From: Fidelibacterota bacterium
GTDB lineage: Bacteria > Fidelibacterota > Marinisomatia > Marinisomatales > TCS55
DNA length: 64,000 bases
Direction: 5' to 3'
Assembly (NCBI GenBank): GCA_018674655.1
Contig: JABGZQ010000064.1
Span: 9,019-73,018, forward strand
Shown here: positions 36,981-45,412 of the stretch, in pieces
How positions within the stretch are numbered: position 1 is the first letter of the stretch
How the letters are laid out: each line of letters starts with the position of its first letter
Translations under genes and position numbers: made by a program
The notes under the pieces: generated by a model
The model's input: the letters and a program-made list of their open reading frames with translations, nothing else
Told to the model about the DNA's origin: nothing
Databases searched by the model: none

Positions 36981-38321
36981 ATGAAATTCCTACCAAAAAC
37001 AATATTCTTTCTTATTATTTTATCTGCTTGTTCAGAAAAAGTGCCGAGTGAATCAGAAACATGGAATGTAATTCAGGAGGAAATTCTGACACCCCAATGT
37101 GTGAACTGCCATTCTCAAGGAACCGCAATCGCCAAACAGTCTGGATTGATATTAAGCGACGGATTCTCATATGGTGCAATGGTTGGTGTGCCACCAAAAA
37201 ATATTGCAGCAAAAAATGATAATTTGGTTATCGTTAGCAACGAAGGTGGTTTAAAAGGTCTGGGTAAAAGTTTTTTATGGGAAAAAATTAATGCCCACGA
37301 TAGAGAACATTATTTAAGTGATCATCAAAACTATGGGCAGATGATGCCCCCAGGGGATAATTTTTTAAATGATGGGCAATTACAATTTATTAGAGCTTGG
37401 ATAGAAGCGGGTGCACCCGAGTTAGGAATTGTCGCAGATGAAAAATTATTATTGGATTCAAACAAGTATAAACCTCCACCCTTTCATCCTTTGGATCCAC
37501 CGGAAAAAGGTTTTCAGGTGCATCTCGGCCCGTTTGAAGTCCCCCCAAATTTTGAGAGAGAGTTTTTTCATTATACAGATACAAGGTTGAATGAAGATGT
37601 TTTTGTGAATCGAATCCAAATTGAGATGAGACCTGGAAGTCATCATTTCATTCTTTACTCATTTGAGCCAGATACAAAATCTGGCAGGTTACCTGATTTT
37701 GGTGTTAACAGGGAGTTGCGAGATCCAGATGGTGCGATCCATACCTCAACACTAATAACCATGTTAAACCACCAGTTTTTTACTGGAACCCAGTGGCCCC
37801 GTATGGATTATAAATTACCCGAAGGTGTTGCTTTGCGCTTAACCTCAAAGTTTGGTTTGGATCAAAATGCGCACTATGTTAATAGATCCGATTCAGTTAT
37901 TGTGGGAGAGGTTTATTCAAATATCCATACCGTTGATAAATCACAAGTTGAACATATTGCAGAATTATTTGCTTTCTCTAATAGGGACTTTAGCTTGCCA
38001 CCCAAAAAAGTAACCACCGTTGAGCGAACATATCGCGTGAATAAAGATATGTATATTGGTCAAATGTTTTCTCATGCTCATGAATTAATGACCGAATTTA
38101 TTGTCAAAGTCTCAGGGGGCTCTCGAGATGGAGAGGTGGTATACTGGACTGACGATTGGCAACATCCACCTATTTTAGAGTATGACCCATTAATTGAATT
38201 AAAATCTGGGGAAGGGTTATCACTTATTGCGACATTTGATAATTCAACAGATCAAACGGTTAAATTTGGGTTTCTATCAACAGATGAAATGATGATTGTT
38301 TTTGGTTGGTATTTTGAATAA
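36981..38321 (+). CDS. lipoprotein fusing a c-type cytochrome domain to a PHM/DBH-like copper monooxygenase-like domain
   Basis: 446 aa. Lipobox IILSAC and CxxCH (C40VNCH44). The ligand pattern is HH(221-222), H298, HxH(365/367), M437, with STDEMM close to the PHM SSDEM motif. Confidence 0.6.
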   Translation: MKFLPKTIFFLIILSACSEKVPSESETWNVIQEEILTPQCVNCHSQGTAIAKQSGLILSDGFSYGAMVGVPPKNIAAKNDNLVIVSNEGGLKGLGKSFLWEKINAHDREHYLSDHQNYGQMMPPGDNFLNDGQLQFIRAWIEAGAPELGIVADEKLLLDSNKYKPPPFHPLDPPEKGFQVHLGPFEVPPNFEREFFHYTDTRLNEDVFVNRIQIEMRPGSHHFILYSFEPDTKSGRLPDFGVNRELRDPDGAIHTSTLITMLNHQFFTGTQWPRMDYKLPEGVALRLTSKFGLDQNAHYVNRSDSVIVGEVYSNIHTVDKSQVEHIAELFAFSNRDFSLPPKKVTTVERTYRVNKDMYIGQMFSHAHELMTEFIVKVSGGSRDGEVVYWTDDWQHPPILEYDPLIELKSGEGLSLIATFDNSTDQTVKFGFLSTDEMMIVFGWYFE

Positions 38322-38356
38322 ACCGCATTAATCCATTAGTCAAATAAATAAACTTA

Positions 38357-39565
38357 TTGATGAAAAGAAATAGATCGTTTTTATGGTTGGGACTTTTTTT
38401 AGCCTCAATGGTTTCTGCTGAAAATAACTATCCGATTATATTGGTTCACGGCTTTATGGGGTGGGGTCGAGAAGAAATGGGGAATTATAGATATTGGGGA
38501 GGAAAGGTTGATTTAGAACAATATTTAATAGAAAAGGGATATACGGTTTATACAGCGAATGTGGGGCCGGTTTCTTCAAATTGGGATCGTGCCGTTGAGT
38601 TATACTATCAAATAAAAGGCGGCCAAGTCGATTATGGAAAAACCCACTCCGAATTATATGGGTTAGTCCGTGGACCAGAGGAAAAATCCTATAAAGGATT
38701 ATATTCTGAATGGGATGAAAATCATCCTGTGCATCTAGTTGGGCACAGTATGGGTGGACAGACGATCCGTATGTTAGATTACATGCTGAGAACATCTATC
38801 ATAGATTCCTCCGGGTTATCCGAAGATAGTGGTTTATTAGGGAAAACTCACGAAGGATGGATTAAATCCATCACGTCAATTTCCACGCCACACAATGGCA
38901 CCACCCTTTCAAATATTGTTTCCACGGGCATACCGTTTTTACAGGATTTTATTGCCTTAGCGGCTATTGCGGGAAATTCGTTTTATAATTTTGACTTAGA
39001 GCAGTGGGGATTTCAAAGAACCAAGAATGAATCATGGGGAGACTATTTCAGGCGAATGAGAGAACATCCGGCATGGGGAACAAAAAATATTGTATCATGG
39101 GATGTGAGTGTAGAAGGCGCACGCCAAATGAATTCATTTTGCACCGCAAACCCAGAAGTATATTATTTTTCATTTATTACGAGTAATACAGTATTAGACT
39201 CTACTTCTTATTGCCACGTTCCAGACGAAGGCATGTCGTATATAATCAGAGCCAATGCGAGACTGATGGGAATGAAAAAAGCTTTTTTCGCTGATGGGTC
39301 GTCAACAGATTCAACGTGGTTTGAAAACGATGGAATTGTAAATAAAATGTCTATGTATGGTCCAACAACAGGTTTAAATGGGCCCGATCCCATTACAACC
39401 TATCGGAAAAATGAGTTACTCATTCCTGGTCAATGGTATGTCATGGGAGAATATAGGTCAGACCACCGTAAATTTGCCGGACATAGCTTAAATAAAAATG
39501 AGTTAAAGATATTTAAAAATATATATTCCAACCATATGGAATTATTGTGGTCTTTGCCAAAATAA
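38357..39565 (+). CDS. secreted triacylglycerol lipase (Geobacillus/Staphylococcus-type, family I.5/I.6-like)
   Basis: 402 aa with a signal peptide. YPIILVHGFMGWGREEMGNYRYWGG, GPVSSNWDRAVELYYQIKGGQVDYG and the nucleophile elbow GHSMGGQTIRML are collinear with those lipases as I remember them. Confidence 0.8.
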   Translation: MMKRNRSFLWLGLFLASMVSAENNYPIILVHGFMGWGREEMGNYRYWGGKVDLEQYLIEKGYTVYTANVGPVSSNWDRAVELYYQIKGGQVDYGKTHSELYGLVRGPEEKSYKGLYSEWDENHPVHLVGHSMGGQTIRMLDYMLRTSIIDSSGLSEDSGLLGKTHEGWIKSITSISTPHNGTTLSNIVSTGIPFLQDFIALAAIAGNSFYNFDLEQWGFQRTKNESWGDYFRRMREHPAWGTKNIVSWDVSVEGARQMNSFCTANPEVYYFSFITSNTVLDSTSYCHVPDEGMSYIIRANARLMGMKKAFFADGSSTDSTWFENDGIVNKMSMYGPTTGLNGPDPITTYRKNELLIPGQWYVMGEYRSDHRKFAGHSLNKNELKIFKNIYSNHMELLWSLPK

Positions 39566-39580
39566 GACAAGACAAACATT

Positions 39581-39910
39581 ATGATTGAAATAAAATCTTT
39601 TGGAAAACTTGAGTTAAGGGTGGGTACAATTGAATTGGCTGAAGATTTCCCCGAAGCCAACAAACCAGCCTATAAACTGAAAATTGATTTTGGCCCCCAA
39701 GGGAAAAAGTGGTCCAGCGCCCAAATCACAGAAAACTACAATATTGATGAATTGCCAGGATGTCGGATTGTAGCCGTGTTCAACTTAGGTAAAAAGAAAA
39801 TCGGTTCATTTATATCAGAAGTACTTGTTATGGGCACTGAAGATACACATGGAAATATCGTTTTATTAAAACCAGATGCTAAGATACGCGAAGGTTCGTT
39901 GGTTCGTTGA
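39581..39910 (+). CDS. csaA: tRNA-binding-domain protein (CsaA/EMAP-II-like OB fold)
   Basis: 109 aa. LELRVGTIELAEDFPEANKPAYKLKIDFG...IVAVFNLGKKKIGSFISEVLVMG. Confidence 0.75.
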   Translation: MIEIKSFGKLELRVGTIELAEDFPEANKPAYKLKIDFGPQGKKWSSAQITENYNIDELPGCRIVAVFNLGKKKIGSFISEVLVMGTEDTHGNIVLLKPDAKIREGSLVR

Positions 39911-39923
39911 GGGTGCTTGTTTA

Positions 39924-39952
39924 TTACAAGATATATTTGTAATATACAAATA
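39924..39952. promoter_or_regulatory. nested TTGTA/TACAA palindromes abutting the marR start (candidate MarR operator)
   Basis: TTACAA (39924-39929)-N7-TTGTAA (39937-42), and TATTTGTA (39934-41)-ATA-TACAAATA (39945-52). The last A is the A of the marR ATG. Confidence 0.5.
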
Positions 39953-40374
39953 TGGAATTTGGCGAATTACTTAAACAATTTCTCATCGACCTTCAGTCTC
40001 TTTTTCGCACTCATACAAAAAACTTAAATCTAACCCTTCCACAAATTACACTTATGTCATCAATTCCTACAGATGGTATTGACATGACATCCCTTTCCCA
40101 TAGAATCGGCGTGGATAACAGCACGCTTACTCGACTAATTGATTTACTCATTAAAAATAAATATGTTCTGAAAAATAAAAACCCATTAGATGGTCGATCT
40201 ATGTTGGTTTTTTTAACAGATTCTGGCGAATTACTTCAAGCGGAAATCGAGAAAGAAGTCGATCGGCTTGGGTCTGATATATTTAATCAAATTCCAATGG
40301 AAGATCAGGATGAGGTAAAAGAAATACTATCCACTTTTCACTGGACAGTGACAAAGTATAAAATGAAAAAGTAA
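39952..40374 (+). CDS. MarR-family transcriptional regulator
   Basis: 140 aa with a winged HTH (LTLPQITLMSSIPTDGIDMTSLSHRIGVDNSTLTRLIDLLIKNKYVLKNKNPLDGRSMLVFLTDSG). Confidence 0.8.
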   Translation: MEFGELLKQFLIDLQSLFRTHTKNLNLTLPQITLMSSIPTDGIDMTSLSHRIGVDNSTLTRLIDLLIKNKYVLKNKNPLDGRSMLVFLTDSGELLQAEIEKEVDRLGSDIFNQIPMEDQDEVKEILSTFHWTVTKYKMKK

Positions 40375-40375
40375 T

Positions 40376-41425
40376 TTGTATAATACAAGTAATAATATAT
40401 CAAAATGGTATAGTTTAAATAAACGAGATCTACCATGGAGAGAATCGCGCGATCCATATAAGATATGGCTATCTGAAGTAATGTTACAACAAACTCAGGT
40501 AGAAACCGTTATTCCTTACTATGAAAGATGGTTAAATAAATATCCAACAGTTAATTCAGTGGCGAGTGAAAAGATAGACAAACTTCTAAAAATATGGGAA
40601 GGGTTAGGATACTATTCTCGATGTAGAAACTTCCATGAAGCAACAAAAGAGATTATTAAATCTCACAACGGTGTAATCCCTAATCAATTTGGGGTATTTA
40701 AATCACTTAAGGGTGTTGGGAATTATATTGCTGGCGCTGTTATGTCGATTGCATTTAACCAACCATACGTTGCCATTGATGGCAATCAACAAAGAGTTAT
40801 CGCTCGTGTACTTGGTATTAAAAACCTTACTCAAAGAAATAGAAAAAGGCTGAGCTTATACTTATCACAATTGGTTAATTATGGAAATTCTGGCGATATT
40901 AATCAAGCTCTTATGGACCTTGGTAGTTCAATTTGTAAGCCCCGAAAAGTTGATTGTACTCATTGCCCGTTTCGCTTAACATGTAAGGCCCATAAATTTA
41001 ACGATCCTCTTGGATACCCAATAATAATTGCAAAACAAAAAATCCCGACTAAAAGATTTGCCGCGATGTTGATTCGCCATAAAGATAATATTTTTATAAA
41101 TAAAAGAGCCGAAAGTGGATTGTTGGGTGGATTGTGGGAGTTGCCAAATGTTGAAATTCACAATGGTAGCAAATCAAAGACTTTATTAAAAGAAAAATTA
41201 GGGTGTCGATTTGGATGTGAGGTTAAAGTTGGTCCTAAATTGGGTGCAATCAGTCACGCTTTTACACACTTCAAAATGAATATAGATTTATTCGATGGCC
41301 AATTAAAAATTAATCCCAAATTAAAGACTGGCGAAAAGTGGGTCGCTTTTTCAGATATAGACCAGTATGCATTTTCTAAGGCAAATCATAAGTTGTTTGA
41401 ATTGGTTGATGTAAGCAATGGTTAG
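40376..41425 (+). CDS. mutY: A/G-specific adenine DNA glycosylase MutY
   Basis: 349 aa. WY..NKRDLPWR, PYKIWLSEVMLQQTQV, HhH GVGNYIAGAV, 4Fe-4S loop CKPRKVDCTHCPFRLTC, and a C-terminal NUDIX-like domain. It has a TTG start; no in-frame ATG lies upstream of the conserved region. Confidence 0.88.
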   Translation: MYNTSNNISKWYSLNKRDLPWRESRDPYKIWLSEVMLQQTQVETVIPYYERWLNKYPTVNSVASEKIDKLLKIWEGLGYYSRCRNFHEATKEIIKSHNGVIPNQFGVFKSLKGVGNYIAGAVMSIAFNQPYVAIDGNQQRVIARVLGIKNLTQRNRKRLSLYLSQLVNYGNSGDINQALMDLGSSICKPRKVDCTHCPFRLTCKAHKFNDPLGYPIIIAKQKIPTKRFAAMLIRHKDNIFINKRAESGLLGGLWELPNVEIHNGSKSKTLLKEKLGCRFGCEVKVGPKLGAISHAFTHFKMNIDLFDGQLKINPKLKTGEKWVAFSDIDQYAFSKANHKLFELVDVSNG

Positions 41426-42125
41426 GGCAATTCTTTCCTTTTTTCTTTGGCCCATATGGTCCATTATATTTTTAGCTGGTGCCCTTGTTTATTCATTTTT
41501 TATTTTATTTTTTCCATCACATAAATTGCATCCTCTCGCAAGAATACTTAGCTGGTTATTTATGTTTTTTGGCGGACAGTGGTTTAGAGTAAGGGGCACT
41601 GCACCAGATCCAAAACAAGGCCCATATTTATATTTAATGAATCACGAATCTTTGTTTGATGGGTTTATGATGGTGGCGGGTATACGTCATTATTTTACTG
41701 GCGTGGGCGCTGTGGAACAATTTTCCTATCCCGTATGGGGATATTTGGTAAAAAAGTATGGCGTTATACCGATTATTAGACAAAAATTGAAAACAGCAAT
41801 TACTAGCCTACAAACATTGGAAGAGGCGATAAATAATGGGACATCAATGATGATTGCCCCCGAGGGCACCCGGACGCTAACAGGTAAAATGGGTCCATTC
41901 AAAAAAGGCCCGTTCCATGTTGCGATAAATACGGGCGTGACAATAGTACCCGTTGGGCTTGTTGGTGCATATAATGCAAAAAGCAAAAACGATTGGCGGA
42001 TTAGACCGGGTGTCCTAACAACAGTATTCGGAGAACCGATTCAAAAGAAAGAATATGAACACTTAATCTTGAGCGAATTACAGGAACTGATCAGGGAAAA
42101 AATATCGACGTTGATCGATCAATAA
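41418..42125 (+). CDS. plsC: 1-acyl-sn-glycerol-3-phosphate acyltransferase
   Basis: 235 aa with an N-terminal TM helix. Acyltransferase motifs NHESLFD (HX4D), GVIPIIR, APEGTR, IVPVG. Confidence 0.82.
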   Translation: MVRAILSFFLWPIWSIIFLAGALVYSFFILFFPSHKLHPLARILSWLFMFFGGQWFRVRGTAPDPKQGPYLYLMNHESLFDGFMMVAGIRHYFTGVGAVEQFSYPVWGYLVKKYGVIPIIRQKLKTAITSLQTLEEAINNGTSMMIAPEGTRTLTGKMGPFKKGPFHVAINTGVTIVPVGLVGAYNAKSKNDWRIRPGVLTTVFGEPIQKKEYEHLILSELQELIREKISTLIDQ

Positions 42126-42140
42126 AGAAGTAGAAATAAA

Positions 42141-42539
42141 TTGATTACATATTATTCAACCCTAAAGTTATTTCATTTAATTGGAATGGCTGCATGGTTT
42201 GGTACCGCATTGGTTGTTTCAATTGTTTGGTTCAGAAAAAATATTGGGGACAAGGAATTGATTCTTGATGTTATTACTAAGGTGGAGATGCCCGCATCAT
42301 TTTTTATCCCGATGACCGGTGTGTTAATGATGATTGAGCAACCATTATGGCTTCAGGTTGGATGGCTTCACTTAAAAATACTTATTGGGCTTGCAGCGGT
42401 TGTATTTAGTCATTTCTCTCGAGCAAAACTAATTCATGCAGATATGAAAGATGAATATGTTCGGCAAAAATTCAGCCTATTTCGAAATCTATGTCTCTTA
42501 ATGTTATTAATTGTTATAATCATTGTAGGTTACAAATAA
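42141..42539 (+). CDS. hypothetical 4-TM membrane protein
   Basis: 132 aa with a TTG start and four hydrophobic helices (LKLFHLIGMAAWFGTALVVSIVWF ...). No confident family assignment. Confidence 0.45.
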   Translation: MITYYSTLKLFHLIGMAAWFGTALVVSIVWFRKNIGDKELILDVITKVEMPASFFIPMTGVLMMIEQPLWLQVGWLHLKILIGLAAVVFSHFSRAKLIHADMKDEYVRQKFSLFRNLCLLMLLIVIIIVGYK

Positions 42540-42557
42540 TATACCGATTCGAATTAC

Positions 42558-43139
42558 ATGCCTAACATAGAACGCCCACATGAATATTCTTCACTAAAGT
42601 CGATTGATGTAAACTCAGAAAAAATTGAAGGAAAATTAATTAGAAAAATTCTCCCAGATTTTAAAATTCTGAATTTTAAAAAAAGTGATGATAGTCCAGA
42701 ACGAATCAATAATAGATCAGATGAAATAATTCTTTACTCATTCTTTTCTGAGTGGTGCCTCAATTGTCACTATGATGCGGATACATTAAAGAAATTGTTT
42801 TCAATTTATAATAAAAAAGGATTAATGATGGTATTAACGATGGATTATTCACATAGAAATCTATCAACTTCGTTTATTGAAAAGTATGGGTTGAATATAC
42901 CATTCACATTTGGAGAGTTAGATGAAAAGAATGAACAGAAAAGAAACGCTACTCAACTTTATCGACTTAGAAAGACTTTGGGCGATGAGCGTGATTGGGG
43001 TACCCCGTTTCATATCCTAATGAAAAATGGAAGTAAAAATATAGTTGGTATTATCATGGGTGAAATTATTGAATCAGAATTAATACCATATTTAAATGAA
43101 GCACTTTCTACCAGTTGGCCTATTTCTAATAAAACTTAA
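42558..43139 (+). CDS. thioredoxin-fold protein (TlpA/redoxin-like, WCxxC)
   Basis: 193 aa. ILYSFFSEWCLNCHYDADTLKKL fits the beta1-CxxC-alpha1 thioredoxin pattern. No obvious signal peptide. Confidence 0.55.
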   Translation: MPNIERPHEYSSLKSIDVNSEKIEGKLIRKILPDFKILNFKKSDDSPERINNRSDEIILYSFFSEWCLNCHYDADTLKKLFSIYNKKGLMMVLTMDYSHRNLSTSFIEKYGLNIPFTFGELDEKNEQKRNATQLYRLRKTLGDERDWGTPFHILMKNGSKNIVGIIMGEIIESELIPYLNEALSTSWPISNKT

Positions 43140-44587
43140 ATAACGCCAGCTTTTTCTAGGGCTGTATTCCACCGGTTAGTTTTTTTATCAACTTCTTTCG
43201 CATTCATTATTGGTGTATAAACTTCATCTGATTCCAGTTTTATATTAGGCCACAATCCAGTTGTTGATTGAATCAACAATGAATGGACACCCAGAGCTGT
43301 TCGGTCTTTCATTATTCCGTGATTTATTGTTAAACCAGTTAAATCAGAAATAAATTGAAGAAGAGGCGGTCTCCCACCTCCCCCGCTTGCCATTACCGCC
43401 CGAGGTAATATACTTAAATGTGTTTTTGCCAACGTCCAAATATCATTAACGAGAAATCCTATCGATTCCATACCAGCACGAATAATTTCATTGGGTAGAT
43501 TATCACCATAACCTTCAGAAATATTTTTAAATTGATCTGTCCAATAGGGCGCTGCAATGCCTGTAACAGAAGGAACATAAACACCTCTGGTCTCGGTCTC
43601 TGCGCATCGAAGATGCCATTGCATTTTTTTGTGAGATATATTTAATTCATCTTCCAATGAATAGAATAAAGAGTTACAAGCATTAATGGTTCCCTCAAGT
43701 AAATACTGCCTATGGCTAGGTTTAGAAAACAAAACACTACTAATTAACCCATTCACATAAGCTGAGTGTTTACCGGCATTGATTTGGACTGATCCAGATG
43801 TACCAAAATTCATTGCTACCGAACCGGTGCTATACCCACCCTGACCTATTAATGCGGCCTGTTGATCTCCAATAACAATTTTTAAAGGTATTGAGTAGCC
43901 ATTATATTTTATGTGTCCAAAATTGTAATCGGATGACACAAGTTTCGGTAAACAACTATTTGGTACTGAAAATAAATTTAACAAATCTTTATCCCACTGA
44001 CAGGTATCTAAATTCATCATAGTAAACCTTGACGCAATGGTTTCGTCAACTAGACAGTTTCCCGTTAGATAGTGAGTGAGAAATGCACTGATTGTACCAA
44101 AAACGGCTGATCCTTTTTCAACCTTGTTTTTTAATAAAGCTGAATTGTTCAGTAGATGTAAAAACTTTGGGCCTCCAAAATGTGGATTAAGTGGAGCACC
44201 AGAAATCTTGAAAATAGATTTGGAATTAGAATGAAACTTTTCAACGATTTCAGCCGCTCTGCCATCCTGCCAACTTAGTGCAGGTGTTAATGGCTTAATT
44301 GTTTTACGATCCCAAAATAAAAAAGTGGACCGTTGTAACGCAATTCCAGCAGATGAAATAATAATATTTTTATATTTTGCAAACGCTATTGCTTCATGGA
44401 TTAATTTTAGACAACTGTGAGCAATAGCAAGAGCATCTCCCTCCACGTGTCCAGGTTTTGGGTTTTTTAACGTATGTTTTTCGTGAGCCTTAAATACCAC
44501 ATGGTTAGTTGAATTAAAAAGAAAGACTTTTGTGGCAGAGGTACCCTGATCTATAACCAGAGTGAGAAATTTATCAGCCAATGGCAA
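43136..44587 (-). CDS. FGGY-family carbohydrate kinase (divergent glycerol-kinase-like)
   Basis: 483 aa. VIDQGTSATK, PKPGHVEGD, GIALQRSTFLFWD, LSWQDGRA, and a C-terminal GGG motif (MASGGGGRPPLLQFISD). It has a TTG start 1 nt after the upstream ferredoxin stop. Confidence 0.78.
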   Translation of the reverse strand: MPLADKFLTLVIDQGTSATKVFLFNSTNHVVFKAHEKHTLKNPKPGHVEGDALAIAHSCLKLIHEAIAFAKYKNIIISSAGIALQRSTFLFWDRKTIKPLTPALSWQDGRAAEIVEKFHSNSKSIFKISGAPLNPHFGGPKFLHLLNNSALLKNKVEKGSAVFGTISAFLTHYLTGNCLVDETIASRFTMMNLDTCQWDKDLLNLFSVPNSCLPKLVSSDYNFGHIKYNGYSIPLKIVIGDQQAALIGQGGYSTGSVAMNFGTSGSVQINAGKHSAYVNGLISSVLFSKPSHRQYLLEGTINACNSLFYSLEDELNISHKKMQWHLRCAETETRGVYVPSVTGIAAPYWTDQFKNISEGYGDNLPNEIIRAGMESIGFLVNDIWTLAKTHLSILPRAVMASGGGGRPPLLQFISDLTGLTINHGIMKDRTALGVHSLLIQSTTGLWPNIKLESDEVYTPIMNAKEVDKKTNRWNTALEKAGVI

Positions 44588-44588
44588 A

Positions 44589-44924
44589 TCAGCCAGAAAG
44601 GGTTATGTCGTAAATATCTTCAAACGTTTTGGTCTTTATCATACGAATTGCATCCCACGTCAGCTTTGAGCATACTTTGGCACATATCTGACAACCAATA
44701 CATTCATCATGGCGAACTTGAACGGGTGGAATTGGAATTCCATATTTTTCAATGGGAGTTGGTTCAATACAATCAACGGGGCAAAATGGTACACAAACCT
44801 GACATCCGGTACAATTATCCTCGTCCACCACAGCAATAAGTTTCGGTTTCTTTTTCTTAAAGTTTACCTTTTCTGCTGGGTCGGGTACAGTTTTATAGTG
44901 ATCGTAGTTAAATTTATTTGCCAT
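44589..44924 (-). CDS. 2x[4Fe-4S] dicluster ferredoxin-domain protein
   Basis: 111 aa. CTGCQVCVPFCP and CIGCQICAKVCS cluster motifs follow a Lys-rich N-terminus. Confidence 0.8.
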   Translation of the reverse strand: MANKFNYDHYKTVPDPAEKVNFKKKKPKLIAVVDEDNCTGCQVCVPFCPVDCIEPTPIEKYGIPIPPVQVRHDECIGCQICAKVCSKLTWDAIRMIKTKTFEDIYDITLSG

Positions 44925-45052
44925 AATTAATTACTTAAATTTAGGGTCCCGAAGTTAAAAGAATTTATTTTTTATCACCAAAAGCCTTTTTGTCTATTAT
45001 AAAAAGTAGTTTAATTTCTCGGATACTATTAAAACACTATTAGGAGAAAATA

Positions 45053-45346
45053 ATGGCCTACATTATTGCTGAACCATGTGTCGGAACTTGCGATACAGCT
45101 TGCGTGGAAGTTTGTCCCGTTGATTGCATTCAACCCACAAAAGACTCGTGGGAAGAAAAAGGATATGACGAAAACAATTTAGACGGTAAACTACTTTACA
45201 TTGATCCCGAAGAATGTATTGATTGTGGGGCATGCGAACCCGAGTGCCCAGTTGAAGCTATTTTTGAGGAAAGCGAAGTCCCTGAAGAATGGAATAAATA
45301 CATCAAAATTAACTATGATTACTTCGGTCGCGAATATTCAGGTTAA
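45053..45346 (+). CDS. fdxA: ferredoxin (FdxA-like, 7Fe-type pattern)
   Basis: 97 aa. YIIAEPCVGTCDTACVEVCPVDCI and CIDCGACEPECPVEAIF. AGGAG lies 6 nt upstream of the ATG. Confidence 0.85.
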   Translation: MAYIIAEPCVGTCDTACVEVCPVDCIQPTKDSWEEKGYDENNLDGKLLYIDPEECIDCGACEPECPVEAIFEESEVPEEWNKYIKINYDYFGREYSG

Positions 45347-45369
45347 TATTTAAAAAACAAATCTTATTT

Positions 45370-45404
45370 AAACGGCTGTTGGTTTCTCAACAGCCGTTTT
45401 TTTT
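45370..45404 (+). terminator. rho-independent terminator after fdxA, 9 nt before the mrp start
   Basis: AAACGGCTGTTG (45370-81) pairs with CAACAGCCGTTT (45388-99) across a 6-nt loop. The T-run continues to 45404. Confidence 0.8.
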
Positions 45405-45412
45405 GGTTATCT

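Noticed and set aside
42756-42770. CLNCH in the thioredoxin-like protein as a haem c attachment site
   Set aside because: The motif sits in the classical W-C-x-x-C position of a thioredoxin fold. The protein has no signal peptide for export to the cytochrome c maturation machinery.
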